Origin: Octopus vulgaris
Taxonomy: Eukaryota
Direction: 5' to 3'
Length of the DNA stretch: 64,000 bases
NCBI GenBank assembly: GCA_951406725.2
Contig: OX597820.1
Coordinates: 8,618,001 to 8,682,000 of the forward strand
The notes under the pieces: generated by a model
Database searches by the model: none
The model's input: only the letters and a program-made list of their open reading frames with translations
What the model was told of the DNA's origin: nothing
Part shown: positions 11,100-25,033 of the stretch, piece by piece
Layout: the number at the start of each line of letters is the position of its first letter
Position numbering within the stretch: position 1 is the first letter of the stretch
Position numbers and translations under genes: made by a program

Positions 11100-13480
11100 A
11101 CGCATGCATTCGTCCCTATCTTCAACGTTTGTGAGGTGTATGCGTTCTTTAGTCGGCTCTGATCGGATGTAGTAGCAGAGTTGTATCAGAAAGACTAAGG
11201 TCTCAAAGTGCAAACGATTTTCTGGACCTAAACAGTAAGATTTCAGATTTGTGATAGCCTACCACCCGACTGGAGCAATGCAAATAACGCCCCGCTTATT
11301 TGCATGAGTAGGAAATTTGAATGACATTTTACATACACGCAAGGCTCGTGTGGGATGAGCCTTTAAAGGAAGCGATACAAATGTCGCGCAGATCTGCTCG
11401 GATATTTCCACTGTTTCGCAGGTACTCACTAGATTTCTCGAATGTACCAATGTTGATTTGGAGCAATTGTCCAGGGCCATACATATCATATCTAGATTAT
11501 TTGCTTAGTCAGTGGATAGGAAGAGGGATAACTGGTTGGTTATACAGGTCAAAAATGTGTGATCTGCATGGTTGGCGCGAGGCACAGACAGGGACGTGGC
11601 TACTTAAAGCTGAGAAAGTCTTTCCAACAATGACCAGGTGTGTGAATAAGTTAAACGAATATTATTGTCGACAAGCGGTGGTGGGACACTCTGAAAAGAG
11701 TAGTTAAAGTAGATTCTATAACATTTAGTAAGGAAGCAGGGACAAGCAAAAATATATTAGAGAGATCTGAGAAGTAAATTAGAAGAAGAGGTTACAGAAG
11801 GCGTCATGACCGATATGCTAGCGGTGAGAATGGCCTTCGACCGTTTCTTCGACACAAGTGTATGCTCTTAGAGATAAAGAAATGAAAGCCATTCGATGAT
11901 CCGAAGCAACAGAGTCGCAACGTGGCAGTAAAACCCCAATTCGGTCTTTGACAGACAATGAAGGTCACGTGCTACACAATTCTAAACAACAGGGTGTGGC
12001 TTCATTGTGGTACTTTGTTCAAGTGTTCAAGAAAAGCGATTGTGATGGACCAGAGACGGACTTTAATGCTTTGCGTGACTTCTTGTGACGGCTCCCAACA
12101 GAAGACTCTAAGTTCTGCAAAAAGTCAATAAGAACAGCTAAGATCTGACTGTTTATACGATTCGCAAATCACCAGATTTGGATTGTCGAACCTACGACCT
12201 TTACTGAGATATACCAAGCATATTCAGCCGGTCTTGACAAACGTTACTTACAAATAACAGCAGGTAATGTGAGTTGGGAAATGGGAGCGATGTAAAGGAA
12301 AGACTTGGGCGAGGAGGACGTTATTATCATTTTCAGGTCCATAACTCTACAGGATGCAAATTTTGGCCAAGCTGTTAGTGAAGAGATTGGCAATCGTCGT
12401 TGATAGTATGGCTGGCCAAGAGTGCTTATTCCTCAGCAATTTCGAGTAGATGTTTGTTGGCATCCTTTTTATCTCGGGAGACAATGGAGTTGCGCATAAA
12501 GTAGTCTAGTCGGCTTTTACATTTCATGTCCTGATACATTTCCTGCTGTGGCTGTGTAGTCCTATCCTGGACAAACACTCCCTCTGGCAGGTTGTGACAA
12601 TATTCACTTCATTTTATACATCGCACAGAAGGTAGGTAACAAAGCTGGTTTCAATTTGATCATTTTGGGTCAGTCGAAAGCTTTTGTTAGTGTTAAGCAT
12701 CGCTACTTGACGCATCGGGCCTATGTTCAACTGGTTATATACTTGTCTATTTAGAATCACTCACTCGGTCCGTCAAATAGATTTTCTCTCATCTGTTCTG
12801 AATGTACTGATTCTCAATGGGTTATGGTTATCCCATTCGTACTGAGACGAGTGGGGAGCCATATAGATTTATGTGAACGACATCATGGTAATGGTGGACA
12901 AGGTCGATAGGGTGAGGGTCATAACTGAAGGCACACAAGTTGGTAACAATATCAAAAATAGAGCCAGACCATTCAGTGACCGTGCAGCTCGACTCCTTCG
13001 CAGGCAACTCCATGCCGCTGGTCATTGTTGTGGGACAGCAAGATAGGCAGTCCAGTTAAATTATTTGAGGCCTAATTAAGGTCGGATCTTCAAGTAGGTA
13101 GAAAAGGGAACAAACGAGGCCAGTTTCACTGGGAAATATACTGGAAGGAAGGTATCCCTAAAAAGTCGACCAGACGAGGCGAACTTGTGTTTTGCTCCAG
13201 TTTTTGTCGGATGAAATTGGAGCGACGTTTTTTTCTTGCTTGCTCTGGTCAAGCAATCCATCAATCCGGCGCGCTCTACGTGGTTGATGATTTACAGATA
13301 CGCGATAAGGTTGTGGTGTCTACAGAGATTCTTAGACGGGAATCAAATGGCAAGCCGTTTTCAGGCTCGTTTTCCCAACAGCTCGTCCGGTTGACGGAGT
13401 TATAATCTTTGGTCAAACGAAGACCAAACCTAGAAACCCATCAACTGAAATGTAGCTGCTGGAAGTCATACGTTACCATT
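11100..13480 (+). mobile_element. Highly decayed L1/Tx1-like LINE ORF2 (APE and RT remnants)
   Basis: Scattered degenerate motifs in the expected order: GNLNDIL, YLDY, FRSITL...ILAK, QSKAF..V.H, YVND; many stops and frameshifts. Confidence 0.5.
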
Positions 13481-13629
13481 CTATTGAATGCTAATAGCAG
13501 AGAAAACAGATAACGGAGAATTTCCGGACGTTGACGAGGCCAGTTTGATCAATTTTACATATTTAATACATCCTAAAGATAAAATAGAAACAAAAGATAA
13601 TGGTGCGGAGGAAATCATCTCCAAAACAA

Positions 13630-13900
13630 ACAATATATTCTCCTTCTGCAGAAAGCCATACACGTCAACTGCTACGAAGTCAGTCAATAACTTCCAGTGC
13701 AATAGTAAACATGTAATAGGTCTATGATTACTGACTTCCTCTCTCTTTTCTTTGTCCTTCTGTATCAGCATTGTTTTTGTCAGCCATGTTGATGTTCCAT
13801 TTTCTATACAGTTAATATGAAACGGTTGTATATGGTTGTGCATACGTTTCAGGTTATTGAGCCATAATCACTGTTGCTGTCTTTTCATTTTACCTGACAC
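13630..13900 (-). mobile_element. R4/Dong-like LINE RT N-terminal fragment
   Basis: TWLT.TMLIQKD...SNHRPITCL...WKLLT. Confidence 0.75.
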
Positions 13901-13951
13901 TGCTTGGATTTTTCTTTCTTTTTTTTCTTGCCTTCTTTATCTGTAGTACAT

Positions 13952-14370
13952 TACTCTTTACTCTTTTACTCTTTTACTTGTTTCAGTCATTTGACTGCGG
14001 CCATGCTGCAGCACCGCCTTCAGTCGAGCAAATCGACCCCGGGACTTATTCTTTGTAAACCCAGTACTTATTCTATCGGTCTCTTTTGCCGAACCGCTAA
14101 GTGACAGGGACGTAAACACACCAGCATTGGTTGTCAAGCAATGCTAGGGGGACAAACACACACACACAAACACACACACACATACATATATATATATACA
14201 TATATACGACAGGCTTCTTTCAGTTTCCGTCTACCAAATCCACTCACAAGGCATTGGTCGGCCCGGGGCTATAGCAGAAGACACTTGCCCAAGATGCCAC
14301 GCAGTGGGACTGAACCCGGAACCATGTGGTTGGTTAGCAAGCTACTTACCACACAGCCACTCCTGCGCCT
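13952..14370 (-). mobile_element. SINE family A
   Basis: Full-length match to the family consensus. Confidence 0.92.
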
Positions 14371-14651
14371 TTGTGTCTAACTTTATACTTTTTTGCTGTT
14401 CGTTCCTGTGTTATTCCCTTACTATCTTTTTTTTCTATGGTTGCATTTATCCATTTATCCTTCTAAGTTCTCTATTGAACTGTTCCGCTTGCAGCTCGGG
14501 TTTTCTTTCTCACCACAAAACATTCTCCCTTGTTTTACTTCGACTTTAAACCACAAAATTTCCACAGCAATCGACAGTCTCAATAAGAGGTTGTTTAGGT
14601 CTGTTATATTTTCAACACAGGATTTTCATTAACAGTTTATTTTTTATAATT

Positions 14652-15055
14652 ATAGGCGTAAGAGTGGCTGTGTGGTAAGTAGCTTGCTTACGAACCACAT
14701 GGTTCCAGATTCAGTCCCACTACGTGGCACCTTGGGCAAGTGTTTTCTACTATAGCCTCGGCCCAACCAAAGCCTTGTGAGTGGATTTGGTAGACGGAAA
14801 CTGAAAGAATCCCGTCGTATATATGTATATATATATGTATGTGTATGTATGTGTGTGTATATGTTTGTATGTCTGTGTTTGTCCCCCCAACATTGCTTGA
14901 CAACCGATGCTGGTGTGTTTACGTCCCCGTAACTAAGCAGTTCGGCAAAAGAGACCGATAGAATAAGCACTAGGCTTACAAAGAATAAATCCTGGGGTCA
15001 GTTTGCTCGACTAAAAGCGGTGCTCCAGCATGGCCGCAGTCAAATGACTGAAAAG
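14652..15055 (+). mobile_element. SINE family A
   Basis: Full-length match to the family consensus. Confidence 0.9.
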
Positions 15056-15182
15056 AGTTCGACTCTCTTCTTCACAACTTGCTTTTCCTCTTTCGATTCT
15101 TCTCAAGACAGCCAGTCTCTTTCTTTCACTCGTTCGTATCTCATTTAGGCGTGATTTCCTCTTCTGTAGCATTATTATTATT

Positions 15183-15555
15183 ACTAGTACTATGACCTGG
15201 CAACGCCGGGTCATAGTGCTAGTGCATGCATATACAGCTGCGTGCATGCACACATACACATAAGTACTGTCCAAATCTCTGACCAATCACATGCAGCTAG
15301 CTGGCATTCGATTGGTGTATCAAGTTTCGGGCATTTTGATTGGGTTTTGGATAGAAAATTCACAAAAAAGTCACTTCTATTGATTTTTTAGTGGCTTTGT
15401 TAGGTGACTGGGGAAATGTAAAGATGTGCACGACCACCCTTGGACGGTTTTGAATGACCATAGAAAGTGCAAGCCCTCTAACTGAAAAACTGTGGATTTG
15501 TATAAAGGACACACACACAGACAGACATTTTGCCGTTTATATATTACTGAGAGAT
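15183..15555 (-). mobile_element. Non-autonomous Helitron
   Basis: Element sense begins TCTC...TATATAAACGGCAAAATGTC and ends in a GC-rich hairpin plus CTAG; reverse complement of 55975-56334. Confidence 0.75.
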
Positions 15556-15558
15556 TAC

Positions 15559-15589
<31 letters not shown>

Positions 15590-16300
15590 GCTGCTGCTGT
15601 TGTTGTTGTTGTATTCAGTATAAATACAAGATTGTATTATTTTAAAAGCGTAAAACAAAAGGGCAGACCGTGATTTGGGGGAAAATTCCATGTGAAGGGA
15701 CCTCTAAACGCTCCTGTAATTGTCGTTGGAGCCTACATTTCACCAAAGAGCACAAAATTTAATGAAGGAACCGCCACTGCCGCCACCACTCACCTCCCTC
15801 ACACCCCAACACCGCCACCATTGCCAATACAGTTACCACCGCCACCACCGCCACCACCACCATCCACCACCACCACCACCACCACCACCACCACCACCAC
15901 CACCACCGCCACCACCAGCTCCACCACCACTTCCACCACTCACCCGTCCCCATCCACCATACACTATTATCAAACAACAATGGTCGCCCTCTTTTCATTA
16001 ATATTACTAATTAATATACAATTACAATTATAGACTTTCATCATTACATTGTATTGTTCTCTCAGCTGAAGGATTTTCACTCATTCATTCTTTCATTCGT
16101 TCGTTCCTTCTGTCACTGAACTCTTATTCACTTCCTTTCATTCTTCATTTTTTCCTTCTCATTTCAGCCTTTCTTTATTCCATATTTCCTTTTACTCAAT
16201 CATTCATTCTCACTGCCACCTTGTCTATATCTAATCTCTATCTCCTCCCTCCCCCACTGCCTCTCTCCTCCTCCATCTCTCTCTTCCTCTCTCCACCCTC

Positions 16301-16361
<61 letters not shown>

Positions 16362-16480
16362 AAAACAGCTTATAATCTGCTTGGCTTCCATTGTAATTGT
16401 ATGTCTACAGTTCCATTGTGAAAGACAAGGAGTGGACAGGACCGGATTACACAGCACAACACACACACACATGTGCGCGC

Positions 16481-16538
<58 letters not shown>

Positions 16539-16679
16539 CAAAGAGCCGCTCCGTAAACCCGTGAAGTGGCTTACAAGATATGAACTAAAAACTTTGTCGT
16601 CGAGAATTGATATTTATATTTTTGCCAGTGACGGGTATTTTCAACTATCTTCTCATAGGTGCGTGTGTGTGTGAATGTA

Positions 16680-16719
<40 letters not shown>

Positions 16720-16723
16720 TGTG

Positions 16724-17125
16724 TAGGAGTGACTGTGTGGTAAGTAGCTTGCTAACCAACCACATGGTTCCGGGTTCAGTCCCACTGCGTGGCATCTTGG
16801 GCAAGTGTCTTCTGCTATAGCCCCGGGCCGACCAATGCCTTGTGAGTGGATATGGTAGACGGAAACTGAAAGAAGCCTGTCGTATATATGTATATATATA
16901 AGTGTGTGTGTATATATTTGTGTGTCTGTGTTTGTCCCCCTAGCATTGCTTGACAACCGATGCTGGTGTGTTTACGTCCCCGTAACTTAGCGGTTCGGCA
17001 AAAGAGAGCGATAGAATAAGTACTGGGCTTACAAAGAAAAGTCCCGGGGTCGATTTGCTTGACTAAAGGCGGTGCTCCAGCATGGCCGCAGTCAAATGAC
17101 TGAAACAAGTAAAAGAGTAAAAGAG
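16724..17125 (+). mobile_element. SINE family A within (TG)n
   Basis: Match to the family consensus. Confidence 0.92.
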
Positions 17126-17130
17126 TGTGA

Positions 17131-17201
<71 letters not shown>

Positions 17202-17628
17202 TGTGTGTGTGTGTACATTTATGGAAGAAGTTTGCGCATTTTACGTTTAGTGTGTATTTTGTCCGTAAACACTTTCAATTTTCAACTTTTCTTACACACG
17301 CATTCCGGGCTTATTGCATAAAGAGGAAACAGTTTTTCTTTGTAATGGTGTGATTTTTCTTTTCACTTTCGTGGTTGGTCATTTTCATTTTTATTTTGTA
17401 AAAGCAATATATTAAAAAAGTTTTTCATTTCCACAAATGCCTTGATGTTGAATCTAAAGGTTGAATCTAAAGAGACGAATCTTTAATTTGCTCTGTATGC
17501 ATGTTTATATGACTGGTTAGTTTAGTTCTTGTTTCTCCAATGTAATTCTCCTTCCATTGTGGTCACACAAGGTAGTAGATGAGATTATTATTGCAGAAGG
17601 TAATGGCAAAACTTCTGCTGACTCTTCC

Positions 17629-17780
17629 GCCACAGCTTTCTCTCACTCTTTCCTCCTGCATCTTGCAGCTCACCTGCGATGGACCGGCGTCCCGTCCAGG
17701 TGGGGAACCTATACGCCGAGGAAACCGGGAAACCGGCCCTTATGTGCCAGGAATGGCTCGAGAAGGAACAAACAACAACC
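17629..17780 (+). mobile_element. SINE family C-related 3' part with a Meta/V-like domain (tail variant 4)
   Basis: Shared CCACAGCTTTCTCTCACTCTTTC segment, then CCTGCGATGGACCGGCGTCCCGTCCAGG...GAAACCGG and an (AAC)n tail. Confidence 0.6.
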
Positions 17781-18050
17781 ATTTATGTTTGCATTCACTT
17801 TCAATTCCTTCCCATTCTTCAATCATTTTGTTGTTCCTTGTTCGATTATTTCACACATTCCACAACGAGGGTCTCCACAGTTTGCTTCTTCTATTATTTA
17901 TTTCCCAGATTTTAATCTCGCCTTTGAAGTCTTTTGAGATTTGAAGATTGTGTTTAGCTGTTGATGATACATGCTTTTTGAATTAATTGTTAGAGACTTG
18001 ATGATTGGTGTAGAATTGGGAGGTATCGTTTGGCAGAATGTAGGTTCCTA
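17780..18050 (-). mobile_element. Neptune-like PLE linker fragment
   Basis: Encodes CGDPRCGMC; homologous to 53290-53580. Confidence 0.65.
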
Positions 18051-18336
18051 GTAACCAGAACATCCTATAGTCAAACGATACCTTCCAATTCTACATCAAT
18101 CATCAAAACTCCGACAATTGATCACAAATCATCAACAGCCAAAGATAACCATTTATTGTGTGGAAACGTATTTCTATATTTCTATTTTCATACAAACACA
18201 TACATAGAATAGGATGATGTGTTTTCATATAAACTCATAGATATGTATGAAAATACATAATCCTTGTGTTAAAAAATTATATTTGTTTTAATTAAACAAA
18301 AAAATATACATGCGCGCGCGTGTATGTATATATTAT

Positions 18337-18411
<75 letters not shown>

Positions 18412-18413
<2 letters not shown>

Positions 18414-19645
18414 GAGAGGATGCGTAAGATATTTGAGGACAGATTTATGTTTATAAGAAAAAAAACAGATATAATAACAGATAATAGCTTTATTTATCAA
18501 AAAATGCTACCAGGATAAAAATAAACCTTCTTTTCTATAATGTTATTCAATAAAGCCATCTTCAGCTTCAACAACAGCTTCTAAGTGAGATCTAAATCAG
18601 CTGCATACTTGAATCAAGTGGTCCTGGTTCATTTTGGACATTACTCTGACAATAGCAGCTTTCAAAGAATCTTTGGTATTTTGGGCTTGTTCGGTGACCT
18701 CTCTCTCAACAACGCTCCACATCTAATAGTCCAATGAATTGAGATCTGGGGAATTAGGAGGCCGAATGTTAAGCGTTATGTGATCATGAAAGTTTTCAGT
18801 CATCCATTCCTGTGTTAATAGAGCCATGTGTGATAGTCTTACTGAAACACATATGGCCTTCCATTGCATACACTGTCTATCCAGGGCTTAACAATTATTT
18901 CCAGGATTTCAATGTAGGCCTTATGGAAAGAAATAAGGAGGCATCACATGTCTTTCATTGATGACAACCCCTAAAACCGTGATAGTTGCAGGAAATTTCG
19001 TATGCACAACACTTGGAACTTCAGAAGGGTTTGCACATAATCACCTGTCATTTCTTCTGATCTTGGCCAAAGTTTTTCTCATTTGAGAAAAACCAAATCA
19101 AATCTTCTTCTGCTGGATTTTTCAGTTTGTTTAAGATTCTTTTAGATCTGACGTAGTGATTTTCTTTTGCTTTTTCTGACAAATTGACCTTTCCTCATCG
19201 TATAAGACTTATATCTGATGTCTTTCTGGCCAACATTTCTGACTGTTCCTTCTGAGATATGGAGATCTTTTGCAATTGACCTCATGGAATTTCTAGGATT
19301 GTAATCAATGATCTGTTGAACTTGCTGGATAAATTCAGGTATTCTGATGATTTCAGAGCATTTAGAATGCTTTTTATGCTTTGATACTGGTGATACGTTT
19401 TCATCTTCAGTCTCTAACTCCTTACAAACTTTGTAGGCGAAAGATATGGCAACTTTTAAAAATCGAGATATTTCTAAATCGCTATGCTCAGACTTTATAA
19501 CCACAATAGCAGCATGTCTCTTCATTTTTTGAGTAAGCTGAGGGTCTGCCCTTATTATTTTCTGAAACAAAGATTATACAGAGTGAGCAAAAGATGCAGC
19601 AATGACCCCCAAAAAGTTATGTCCTCAAGTACCTTACGCACCCTG
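18412..19645 (-). mobile_element. Tc1/mariner (maT/DD37D-like) transposon with decayed transposase
   Basis: TIR CAGGGTGCGTAAGGTACTTGAGGACA (19620-19645, TA flank) with a degenerate partner at 18412-18441; HTH ORF 19142-19570; WFFSNEK and PPNSPDLNSLDY motifs. Confidence 0.85.
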
Positions 19646-19915
19646 TATATATTGATGTATTTCGGGATGGTAATTTTTTTTTTTTTTTTTGCCAAATAAA
19701 GACACGCATTATATATTTGTTCTTCACTCGTTTATTTCTGTTCCCTTGTCAATTTCCCAGAAATCTTTTGTCATACATCTGTGACCTCTTCAGCCACACT
19801 TTTCGTCTTCGTGTGTACTCTTACTCTACTTATTTCATTCTGTTCTCCTATAATGCGTATCCTTATTTGCACATGCGTTTGAGTACACATACACACATAC
19901 ACACACACACTTCAG

Positions 19916-20005
<90 letters not shown>

Positions 20006-20521
20006 GTGTCCCCGCTACCGAAACGGTAATTATTTCTACGCCAGCTATGTTGTTGTTGTTTTTGTCTCATTTGGTCTAAAGTCGTATGACAACCACCGTT
20101 ATATATATTTTGTTTATTCATTACTGTTTTCAATTTCGTTTTCGTCTCTTGTATTTACATCCGTCTTGTGCGTTCACATTCCTGTCTTCTACCAAGAAAT
20201 CTAATGCTTACAGCTTAGTTTTTTTTCTTGGGGCTGGCCGAGTTGGAGCAAATATCAGAATTGAACAGCCGAAATTTGCTATGATGATTCGGTGTCTGAC
20301 TGAAGATTGAAGGCTTCGAATGATTTGTCTGTGTTCCGTGTTCGTCCCTTCCTGTATTTCACGTTCATTATATATAAAAACATTCATTCATATATATATA
20401 TCAGTTGCAGGATTCTAATGAAAGTATGCAATTCAGAAACTGGACACATGAGCCATTTTATGCAAGATTTAGAAACAAACATTTCATAGGAGACGGGCAT
20501 CTTTAAGAACATGTAATCACC

Positions 20522-20860
20522 ATGCATGTATGTATGTATGTATGTATGTATGTATGTATGTATGTATGTATGTATGTATGTATGTATGTATGTATGTATG
20601 TATGTATGTATGTATGTATGTATGCATGCATGTATGTATGTATGTATGTATGTATGTATGTATGTATGTATGTATGTATGTGTGTATGTATGTATGTATG
20701 TATGCATGCATGTATGCATGTATGCATGTATGTATGTATGTATGCATGTATGTGTGTATGTATGTATGTATGTATGCATGCATGTATGTATGTATGTATG
20801 TATGCATGCATGTATGTATGTATGTATGTATGTATGTATGTATGTATGTATGTATGTATG
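20522..20860. repeat. (TATG)n microsatellite
   Basis: Direct reading. Confidence 0.98.
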
Positions 20861-20914
20861 TGTTACAACTTGAACTTACGACTACGTATTATATGTCATT
20901 CAGTCTATTGCGCG

Positions 20915-20957
<43 letters not shown>

Positions 20958-21279
20958 TGGTTAATTCTGATTGCTTCTTTTCCTCTCTATAAAACTAGCT
21001 GTAAATTGTTTTGCAACAATAAATGTCTTTTTTTTATGCCAGTTTTATGTGCAGCGTGCGTTTGGTGCTCTGTTCCCATTAGGCTTTTGGCCTGAATTAC
21101 ATATCACCGGAATAGGACTGCGACGAGGATAGACAGACATGTGTGCTTATGCAGCATTTACCCACACAACTGTGGGGTACTTACTTCAGACAATCCATCC
21201 CCCGCTATATAGAATCGATGGTAACGTTCGTTTTAGGATTATTTAGAACTACGTCCGATACTACAAATTTATGAGAATA

Positions 21280-21873
21280 CCTATTTCTTTACTACCCACA
21301 AGGGGCTAAACACAGAGGGGACAAACAGGGACAGACAAACGGATTAAGTCGATTATATCGACCCCAGTGCGTAACTGGTACTTATTTGAAGACCCCGAAA
21401 GGATGAAAGGCAAAATCGACCTCGGTGGAATTTGAACTCAGAGGCGGACGAAATACCTATTTCTTTATAACCCACAAGGGGCTAAACACAGAGAGGACAA
21501 ATAAGGACAGACAAACGGATTAAGTCGATTATATCGACCCCAGTGCGTAACTTGTGCTTAATTTATCGACCCCGAAGGGATGAAAGGCAAAGTCGACCTC
21601 AGCGGAATTAGAACACACAACGTAACGGCAGACGAAATACCTATTTCTTTATTGCCCACAAGGGTCTAAACACAGAGAGGACAAACAAGGACAGACAAAC
21701 GGATTAAGTCGATTACATCGACCCCAGTGCGTAACTGGTACTTATTTAATCGACCCCGAAAAGGTGAAAGCCAAAATCGACCTCGGCGGAATTTGAACTC
21801 AGAACGTAACAGCAGACGAAATACCGCTAAGCATTTCGCCCGGCGTGCTAACGGTTCTGCCAGCTCGCCGCCT
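21280..21873 (-). mobile_element. SINE family B, one head plus 3 tandem units
   Basis: 18 bp TSD TACAAATTTATGAGAATA at 21262-21279 and 21874-21891. Confidence 0.92.
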
Positions 21874-22244
21874 TACAAATTTATGAGAATATCGCAAAAT
21901 GAAGTTATTACGCCAATTTCTCTGGGAAGACGGACAAAGACACTTCGACGCCTTGAGAATTACGGAATCTGCCCCGTTAACTAGTGTTTGGCTTACTGAA
22001 TGAACTTTGGAGATCTACCAAAAATGCGCACACAGCATGTTACTCTTTTACAAGATCAAATCAGAAACCTGAAGATTGTGTGCTTTTTGGTTATCTCACC
22101 CCTATTAAAAAATTGGGTTACCTGCCCCAACTAAAAAACTGTTTAACCCTCAATAAAACAAAACACAAAAATGAAAAATTAATAAACATGAAAAGCGGAA
22201 AGATTAAACGTTTTATTGAACCTTTACTATCTTTTTTTTAATTC

Positions 22245-22640
22245 TTTTTTACTTGTTTCAGTCATGTGACTGCGGCCATGCTGGAGCACCGCCTTTAGTT
22301 GAGCAAATCGATCCCAGGACTTATTCTTTGTAAGCCTTGTACTTATTCTATCGGTCTCTTTTGCCGAACCGCTAAGTAACGGGGACGTAAACACACCAGC
22401 ATCGGTTGTCAAGCGATGTTGTGGGGACAAACACAGACAACAAACACATACACATATATATGCATATACATATATACGACGGGCTTCTTTTCAGTTTCCG
22501 TCTACCAAATCCACTCAGAAGGCTTTGGTCGGCCCAAGGCTATAGTAGAAGACACATTCCCAAGGTGCCACGCAGTGGGGCTGAACCCGGAACCATGTGG
22601 TTGGTAAGCAAGCTACTTACCACACAGCCACTCCTGCGCC
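22245..22640 (-). mobile_element. SINE family A
   Basis: Match to the family consensus. Confidence 0.9.
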
Positions 22641-23755
22641 AGATAATATTTTTATAACAAATCACACCATTCCTATTGGGGAGGCCAAAGGTCAACAATG
22701 TGTTGAAATATTGAATCAAAAGAATACAATTCTTTTAATAATCCAGTCTCTTGTTGCCACATAAACGCAACTTTTTAGTGGGGAGATAACCTAATTTTTT
22801 AATGGCAATTTTTTAATGGGGGTGAGATAACCAAAAAGTACCAAAGAATGGTTTCATTGTCAGAATACAACAAGCTTCACTTGAGTGTGAATACGATCTG
22901 ATTCCTCCAAAAATGTTTGAAAACGCAATGACTTTGCAATGTCTACTTTCCGGTATTCGTGATGAGACTGCTCCTTCTAAATTGCTTTCGGAAGAAGAAT
23001 TAAAGCTTACATAGGAAGAAGCCTGTGCTATAGTTTGTCAAAGGGAAAACATTTCACATCAGCTAAATAAATTTTCTGTACAAACAGAGGCAGATGCTGC
23101 GCAATCTATCACGTCTACAAAAACTCGGCCATCTAGTCTTACAGAAAAACAGTTTACTTGCTACCGTTGTGGATTTATACATTATCGGCAAACCGTTTGT
23201 CTTTTTATGAGGTAAAACGGGACATCTTGCCAGAGTTTGTCGTACAAAGAACAATGAACACAGTTTCATCTTCAAAGAAACAATCGGTGGGAAAAATGAA
23301 AACAAATCTGGGAAACTAAGACCAACATTTCGCTTTAAATCCAATTTTAAACACCACTGTTAACACTACAATCCAACCACCTTCGTATGTTGTCGATGTG
23401 ATAACTGAAGGTCAGTCAGTACGCATGGAAACCGACACGGGTGCTTCAGTCTCTATTTTTACCATTCGTTCTGTCAGCAGTTTACCACCATTTTCTAAAA
23501 ACTGCTCTACTTTAAAAAACATATACCGGGCAAGAAATCCCAATAATTGGAGTTTGCAATGTAAACGTGCAGCATGGTGATGATATCAAACGTGTTCTAC
23601 CAGTATACGTAATCTCTGGAAATCGTCCGAACATGTTGGGTCGTGATTGGCTACGACAATTACCTGGTACACTCACCGTGATTAAAACTGTTTGTGATAC
23701 ACCATCGTTGGGACAACTGAAAAAGAAGTACTGTACTTTGTTTGGCCCCAAGTTT

Positions 23756-23878
23756 GTAAAATTGAATGGATTTAAAGCAAACATAAAATTACTTTCCGTA
23801 AAATTGAATGGATTTAAAGCAAACATAAAATTACTTTCCGTAAAATTGAATGGATTTAAAGCAAACATAAAATTACTT
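23756..23878 (+). repeat. Perfect 42 bp tandem triplication inside pol
   Basis: GTAAAATTGAATGGATTTAAAGCAAACATAAAATTACTTTCC twice plus 39 bp. Confidence 0.95.
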
Positions 23879-24804
23879 ACCGCGGTTTTTGTAAATCTCG
23901 AACACTTGCGTACGCTTTGCGGCCAAAAGTGGGAACCGAATTACAACGTTTACAATCGGAAGGGGTTATTGTTCCAGTTCAATACTCTGATTGGGCTGCT
24001 CCCATTATTATCAGTGATGAAACCGGAAGGCTCACTGCGCATTTGCGGAGATTATAAACTTACAGTCAACCAGTCAGCTGTTTTAGACAAGTACCCGTTA
24101 CCTAAAATAGAAGATTTGTACACGACGCTAGCGGGAGGCCAGAAGTTCGCAAAAATTGATCTCAGTCATGCATTTTCCCAGATTGAATTTGATGACGATT
24201 CTCCTGCTTGCACTACGATTGCTATTCATATTGGGTTGTTTCAATTTACTCGATTACCATTTGGTATTAATTCAGCCCCAGGAATGCTTCAACGCATTAT
24301 CGACAGCATTGTGAAAGATGTGCCATGGTCTTGTGCATATCGAGATGATTTACTAATCCCCGGCCGTTCCGATGATGAACATCTTCACGCATTATCCATT
24401 ATACTCGATCGTCTTCAGAAAAGCCGATTAAAACTGAAGAAGAACAAATGTGAGTTTTTTCTTTTTTCTTTTGGGGATGCTGTTTGTTATCTTGGTTACC
24501 GACTTAAATAAAGATGGCTTGCAAATTAGGGGTGATCAAGTGCAGCCTATTTTAAATGCATCAGAACCTAAAAACAATAGGGAGTTAAGATCATGTGTAG
24601 GAATGTTATCACATTATCGTCATTTTTTTAATTTTGCCAAATATTTCAACAGTGCTGACACACTTATATTCTTTTTTGCATAAAGATTCCTTTGGGGGTG
24701 GAATGTTAAACAGCAGAAAACGTTTGCAACAGCTAAGAAGTTACTCACTGGTTCATCTGTACTCGTGCATTACGACCCGCATAAACGTTTAATGTTACAA
24801 TATG

Positions 24805-25033
24805 TTTCTTTACTACCCACAAGGGGCTAAACACAGAGGAGACAAACAAGAACAGACAGATGTATTAAGTCGATTATATCGACCTCAGTGCGTAACTGGT
24901 ACTTAATTTATCGACTCCGAAAGGATGAAAGGTAAAGTCGACCTCGGCGGAATTTGAACTCAGAAGGTAGAGACAGACGAAATACCTCTGAGCATTTCGC
25001 CCGGCGTGCTAATGTTTCTGCCAGCGCGCCATC
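24805..25033 (-). mobile_element. SINE family B monomer
   Basis: 17 bp TSD TTTAATGTTACAATATG at 24788-24804 and 25034-25050. Confidence 0.92.

Noticed and set aside
15692-16033. Proline/threonine-rich ORFs (also 47911-48222)
   Set aside because: Explained by (CCA)n trinucleotide repeats.
19757-19796. Hammerhead-like motif on the minus strand (CTGAAGA-GGTCA...TGAC-AAAA)
   Set aside because: GAAA is mutated and stem I does not pair; at best a dead copy.
20300-20332. CTGAAGA...GAA hammerhead-like motif
   Set aside because: No A15.1-U16.1 pair and no convincing stems I and III.
23567-24511. Functional 314 aa reverse transcriptase
   Set aside because: Frameshifted fragment with a degenerate YRDD motif, in a decayed element.
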